Shown: in pieces, positions 56,914 through 60,856 of the stretch
Numbering within the stretch: the first letter of the stretch is position 1
Layout of the letters: each line of letters opens with the position of its first letter
From: Betaproteobacteria bacterium
Lineage (GTDB): Bacteria > Pseudomonadota > Gammaproteobacteria > Burkholderiales > JACQAP01
Length of the DNA stretch: 60,856 bases
Direction: 5' to 3'
Assembly: GCA_052387775.1 (NCBI GenBank)
Contig: JBQTIV010000011.1
Span: forward strand, 1-60,856
Notes under the pieces: generated by a model
Told to the model about the DNA's origin: nothing
Database searches by the model: none
The model's input: the letters and a program-made list of their open reading frames with translations, nothing else
Program-made: the position numbers and the translations under genes

Positions 56914-58044
56914 GTGGCAGCGCACATCGATGCGGTAGAACTGACCAGGCAGATCGTGCGCATGAACACCATAAACCCGCCCGGCGATGAAGAGCGGTGC
57001 GCGCGGCATCTTGGTGCGTTGCTGGAGAACGCCGGCTTCAATGTGGTGTATCACCAGTTGTCGTCGAAACGCGCCAGCCTGGTCGCAACCATCGGCGGCT
57101 TTGGCGAAAAGGCGCCGCTGTGTTTCACCGGCCATATCGATACCGTGCCGCTGGGTGCGGCGAAATGGAAAATGGATCCGTTCGCCGCGGACACCGACTC
57201 CGGCAAACTCTACGGGCGTGGCACCAGCGATATGAAATCCGGCGTGGCCGCATTCGTGGCGGCCAGCGTAAACCTCTCCGCCAAGCTGGATCGCTCGGCG
57301 GGTCTGGAACTGGTGATCACCGCCGGCGAGGAAACCGGTTGCCAGGGTGCGTTTCATCTTGCGCAGAAAAGCGGCGCGCTCGGGCGCGCGGGCGCGGTGG
57401 TGGTTGGCGAGCCGACGTCGAATTATCCGCTCGTCGGCCACAAGGGCGCGTTCTGGCTCAACGCCCGCACCAAGGGGGTTACCGCGCACGGCTCGATGCC
57501 GGAGAAAGGCGTTAACGCGGTGTTCAAGGCGGCGCGCGTGGTCGCAGCACTGGAGAATTTCCGTTTCGCCAATCCGCCGCACCCGCTGATGGGTCAGGCC
57601 ACGCTCAACGTCGGTACCATTCGCGGCGGGCTCAACATCAATTCGGTTCCGGACGAAGCGGTGATCGGCATCGACATCCGCACCGTTCCCAACGTCAGGC
57701 ACGCGCAGCTCAAGGCGGAGCTTGGACGCCTACTGGAAACCGATGTCGAGCTCGAGACGCTGCTCGACCTGGAAAGTGTATACACCGCACCCGAGGACCC
57801 CTGGGTACAGGAGGTGTTCGAATTGATGCGCCCCATTCTCGGTAGCCGACCTGCGCCGCGGGCGGCCACTTATTTCACCGATGCTGCGGCGCTTAGAGTT
57901 GCCTACGGTGCGCCGCCTACCATCGTTCTGGGGCCGGGCGAAGCGCAGCTGGCCCACCAGACCGACGAGTACTGCGTAGTCGAGCGCGTCGCCGAATCGG
58001 TTGTGGCATACGAGGAGATCGCGCGCCGCTGGTGCAAAATCTAG
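56914..58044 (+). CDS. M20 family metallo-amidohydrolase (ArgE/DapE/ACY1/CPG2 type deacylase)
   Basis: The GTG at 56914 follows GCAGGAGG. Metal-ligand motifs: CFTGHIDTVP, GRGTSDMKSG and AGEETG. A central dimerisation/lid domain is present. Confidence 0.8.
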   Translation: MAAHIDAVELTRQIVRMNTINPPGDEERCARHLGALLENAGFNVVYHQLSSKRASLVATIGGFGEKAPLCFTGHIDTVPLGAAKWKMDPFAADTDSGKLYGRGTSDMKSGVAAFVAASVNLSAKLDRSAGLELVITAGEETGCQGAFHLAQKSGALGRAGAVVVGEPTSNYPLVGHKGAFWLNARTKGVTAHGSMPEKGVNAVFKAARVVAALENFRFANPPHPLMGQATLNVGTIRGGLNINSVPDEAVIGIDIRTVPNVRHAQLKAELGRLLETDVELETLLDLESVYTAPEDPWVQEVFELMRPILGSRPAPRAATYFTDAAALRVAYGAPPTIVLGPGEAQLAHQTDEYCVVERVAESVVAYEEIARRWCKI

Positions 58045-58065
58045 CGCCGCGTCAAGCGATCAGCG

Positions 58066-59331
58066 ATGTCTTCCGATTCTTTCCTGGCCAATGATCCGGC
58101 GGAGCGCGTAGCGGCGCTGCTTGACCCCGGTTCGTTCCGGGAAATCGCGCAGGAGGCGCGCGGTGCGTTGACTGCGGGCACCGGCACCGCCGGCGGCAAC
58201 GCAGTGGCGATCGCAGCCACCGATCGCGATATCGCCGGCGGCTCGTTCGGTGTGGTGGAGTCACAGGCGCTTTCCGCGTTGCTGCAGCAAAGCCGGACCG
58301 ACGGTGTGCCGGTGATCCTGTGTCTGGATTCAGCCGGCGCGCGGCTTGACGAGGGCCTGCCTGCGCTCGGTGCATTCCGCCAGCTTTATCGCCACTTTCT
58401 CGATCTCAGGCTGGCGGGAGGTTCGACGCTTGCGGTTCTGGGGCGTGACTGCTTCGGAGGTGCCAGCATGCTGGCGGCGGCCTGCGGACGACGGTTGTAT
58501 TTGGCAGCGTCGCGACTGGCGATGTCGGGACCGGCGGTAATCCAGGCGTTGAGCGGACGACAGGAACTCGACGCCGAAGACGCGCAGGCGGTCACGGACC
58601 TGATGGGCGGTGCCGCGCGCGTTCGCCTGCAGCCGTCGGATCGCCTGTGTACGGACAAATCGGGAGATTTTCGACAGGCGATGCTCGAATGGGTGGCGCA
58701 GCGCGATGCGCAGCCGCAGCTCGACCTGCGCAAGCAGCACAATCAACTCGGCACACGGCTGCTCGAGCGTGGAATGGCGCCTTCGCCGCTGTCGAACGCG
58801 GAGCCGGCACCACCGGCAGCGCTGCTGGAAGTGATGCCGCCGGGTTTTCAGGCACGTACCATCGACGGCGTTCTGATCGGCAGGACCACGAAGACCTCCC
58901 CAGATACATTCTTTGGCCTGGTAAGCCGCGAGCCGGTCGGAGCGCTGGCGTTGTGGACGCTGGCCGGGGCGTGCCTGTCGGCGGGGGATTCGCACCCCGG
59001 CGAGGCGATCATGCTGCTGCTCGACGCCCCCGGACAGGCCCCCACTTTGCGCGACGAGCGCGTCATGCTCTCCCAGTACATCGCCCATGTTGCACTCGTA
59101 CTCTCGGATCTCAGGCTGCGCGGCCACCGGGTGACGCTACAGCTTCTGGGAGATGCGGCAGGCGGAATTTATGTCGCGCTGGCGGCTCCGGCGGCACGTG
59201 TGGTGGCGCTGCCCGGTGCGAATGTACAGATGTTGCCCCCGGCCGCGATGGCACGGGTGATCGGCCGCGACAGTGCGCGCGGCAACGTGGACGACTACTT
59301 ACGCGCGGGCGTGATCGATACCCTTATCTGA
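58066..59331 (+). CDS. Fused carboxyltransferase resembling malonate decarboxylase beta (MdcD) plus gamma (MdcE) subunits
   Basis: 421 aa. The N-terminal half reads ERVAALLDPGSFREI...GGSFGVVES...LDSAGARLDEGL...CFGGASMLAAAC...LAMSGPAVIQ, which from memory matches MdcD/AccD-like sequences. The C-terminal half reads LLLDAPGQAPTLRDE...LLGDAAGGIYVALAAPA...MLPPAAMARVIG (MdcE/AccA-like). Confidence 0.6.
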   Translation: MSSDSFLANDPAERVAALLDPGSFREIAQEARGALTAGTGTAGGNAVAIAATDRDIAGGSFGVVESQALSALLQQSRTDGVPVILCLDSAGARLDEGLPALGAFRQLYRHFLDLRLAGGSTLAVLGRDCFGGASMLAAACGRRLYLAASRLAMSGPAVIQALSGRQELDAEDAQAVTDLMGGAARVRLQPSDRLCTDKSGDFRQAMLEWVAQRDAQPQLDLRKQHNQLGTRLLERGMAPSPLSNAEPAPPAALLEVMPPGFQARTIDGVLIGRTTKTSPDTFFGLVSREPVGALALWTLAGACLSAGDSHPGEAIMLLLDAPGQAPTLRDERVMLSQYIAHVALVLSDLRLRGHRVTLQLLGDAAGGIYVALAAPAARVVALPGANVQMLPPAAMARVIGRDSARGNVDDYLRAGVIDTLI

Positions 59332-60827
59332 TGAACGCGAATTTCTACGCGGTCATCGAATCCGCAAACCGCCACCGCCTGCAACACGATCTTCTGCAGA
59401 CCGAAACCGGCAGGACTTTCAGCTACGGCGATCTGGCGCGCGAATCGGTGCGCTATGCCAATCTGTTGACCGGTCTCGGTGCAAGGCGTGGCGACCGGAT
59501 TGCAGTGCAACTGGACAAGTCCCCCGCATCGCTGTTCCTGTATCTCGGCTGTTTGCGTGCGGGGTTGATCTATCTGCCGCTCAATACCGCATACCAGCGC
59601 GGCGAGCTGTCGTATTTTCTCAGTGATGCAGAGCCAAGCTTGGTCGTGTGCCGCCCGCCCGCAGCCGCGTTGATGCATGAACTGCGCGCTGGGCGTTCGC
59701 GCGTCGTCACTCTGGACGAGGATGACTGCGGTACGGTGGGGCACGCGGCTGCCGCGGCTGCGCACGATTTCGCCATCGAGGAAATGCAGCCCGATGATCC
59801 CGCGGCGATCATCTACACTTCGGGAACGACCGGACGTTCCAAAGGGGCAGTCGTCACACACCGCAACCTTGCGTCCAACGCCCGCGCACTTGTGGATTTC
59901 TGGCAATTCGGCGAAAGCGATGTATTGCTCCATGCGCTGCCCATGTATCACGTTCACGGATTGTTCGTCGCCAATCACTGTGCGCTGCTAGCCGGCGCGA
60001 AGCTGCTCTGGCACGCGAAGTTCGACGTCCAGCTCGTCATGCGCGACTTGATGCGCGCGAGCGTGATGATGGGCGTGCCGACCTTTTATTCCCGGCTGTT
60101 GAACGAACCGGCATTCACGCGCGCGCTGTGTACCAAGGTCAGACTGTTCGTGTCCGGTTCGGCGCCGCTGCAGCTGGAGACTTTCAGGGAATTCGAGGCG
60201 CGCACCGGCAAGACCATACTGGAACGCTACGGCATGTCCGAGGCCGGCATGATCAGCTCCAACCCGCTCACCGGCGAGCGTCGCGGCGGCACCGTCGGTT
60301 TTCCTCTGCCGGGGATAGCGGTGCGAATCGCGGATGAGCGCGACCAGCGGGTGAAAAATGGAGTGATTGGTGCGATTCAGGTGAAGGGTGAAAACGTGTT
60401 TGCGGGCTACTGGCGCATGCCGGAAAAGACCCGGGAGGAGTTCACCGTGGATGGATACTTCCGCACCGGTGACGTTGGTGTGTTCGACGGCGATGGCTAT
60501 CTGTCCATCGTCGGCCGCGCCAAAGATCTGATTATCAGCGGCGGTTACAACGTCTATCCGAGGGAAATCGAGCTGGTGCTCGACGCCATTCCCGGCGTGG
60601 CCGAATCGGCGGTGATCGGCGTGCCGCATCCTGATTTCGGCGTGGCGGTCACCGCGATCGTTGTCACGCAAAGAGACGCCCGGCTCGATTCCGCCGCAAT
60701 CATCGGTGCCGTGAAGAAGTCACTGGCCAATTACAAAGTCCCGAAAGCGGTCCACTTCGTCGACGACCTGCCGCGCAATGCGATGGGCAAGGTGCAGAAG
60801 GCGCTGCTGCGGGAGAGATTTCGCTAG
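59331..60827 (+). CDS. matB: Malonyl-CoA synthetase (malonate--CoA ligase, MatB type acyl-CoA synthetase)
   Basis: The ATG at 59331 overlaps the upstream stop (TGATGA). Reads RIAVQLDKSPASLFLYLGCLRAGLIYLPLNTAYQRGELSYFLSDAEPSLVV, which closely resembles rhizobial MatB from memory. AMP-binding motifs: IIYTSGTTGRSKG, YFRTGD and GRAKDLIISGGYNVYP. Confidence 0.8.
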   Translation: MNANFYAVIESANRHRLQHDLLQTETGRTFSYGDLARESVRYANLLTGLGARRGDRIAVQLDKSPASLFLYLGCLRAGLIYLPLNTAYQRGELSYFLSDAEPSLVVCRPPAAALMHELRAGRSRVVTLDEDDCGTVGHAAAAAAHDFAIEEMQPDDPAAIIYTSGTTGRSKGAVVTHRNLASNARALVDFWQFGESDVLLHALPMYHVHGLFVANHCALLAGAKLLWHAKFDVQLVMRDLMRASVMMGVPTFYSRLLNEPAFTRALCTKVRLFVSGSAPLQLETFREFEARTGKTILERYGMSEAGMISSNPLTGERRGGTVGFPLPGIAVRIADERDQRVKNGVIGAIQVKGENVFAGYWRMPEKTREEFTVDGYFRTGDVGVFDGDGYLSIVGRAKDLIISGGYNVYPREIELVLDAIPGVAESAVIGVPHPDFGVAVTAIVVTQRDARLDSAAIIGAVKKSLANYKVPKAVHFVDDLPRNAMGKVQKALLRERFR

Positions 60828-60856
60828 TTCTCGTGTCGATGGCTGCTCGGAACGGC

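Noticed and set aside
58647-59330. N-terminal extension of matB (726-aa track ORF), plus similar extensions of parA (42829), mnmG (40509), the livG-type gene (55211), the livF-type gene (56127), the M20 gene (56830), def (25327) and rsmB (23902)
   Set aside because: These extensions overlap the preceding, well-supported genes in another frame and have shadow-frame composition. Internal starts reproduce the canonical family N-termini and give short or overlapping operon junctions.

Overview
Origin-proximal, mostly housekeeping segment of a GC-rich proteobacterial chromosome. The gene order looks betaproteobacterial: dnaA-dnaN-gyrB without recF, fmt-rsmB-DUF4390-ntrY-ntrX, and def / LysM-dprA-smg. 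Left to right: (1) a 3'-partial FAD/Fe-S oxidoreductase and a divergent class-V aminotransferase; (2) tsaC-purC-purE-pyk-pgk-gap on the minus strand; (3) a glucose-type uptake block (GtsABCD-like ABC importer, glk, a SemiSWEET) wedged between gap and tkt; (4) ntrX-ntrY-DUF4390-rsmB-fmt-def; (5) LysM-dprA-smg, then a topA fossil and a TopB-type topoisomerase; (6) gyrB-dnaN-dnaA. From 36032 onward everything is on the plus strand: rpmH-rnpA-yidD-yidC-mnmE-(TauE)-mnmG-rsmG-parA-parB-atpIBEFHAGDC, then an 8.7-kb tightly packed operon of a Liv-type ABC importer, an M20 amidohydrolase, a fused MdcD/MdcE-like carboxyltransferase and a MatB-type malonyl-CoA synthetase. I found no rRNA or tRNA genes, no transposase, integrase or phage genes, no CRISPR, and no recognisable defence or toxin-antitoxin system. 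I therefore cannot honestly point to a large novel multi-gene machine. Seven things are not explained by ordinary annotation: (a) an 80-codon in-frame relic of topA translationally coupled to the TopB-type gene; (b) a 155-bp tandem repeat that has copied the 3' end of gap twice; (c) an 8-bp repeat array forming a register-shifting palindrome inside the atp operon (atpD-atpC spacer), plus a 7-bp GAGG-containing array upstream of purE; (d) two inverted parS boxes upstream of mnmG; (e) the ABC-M20-MdcDE-MatB operon, which I speculate catabolises N-malonylated amino compounds; (f) a LivG-type ATPase with damaged Walker A and signature motifs; (g) a glk gene translationally coupled to a SemiSWEET. 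All calls come from reading the translations and the DNA by eye. No database search was run.
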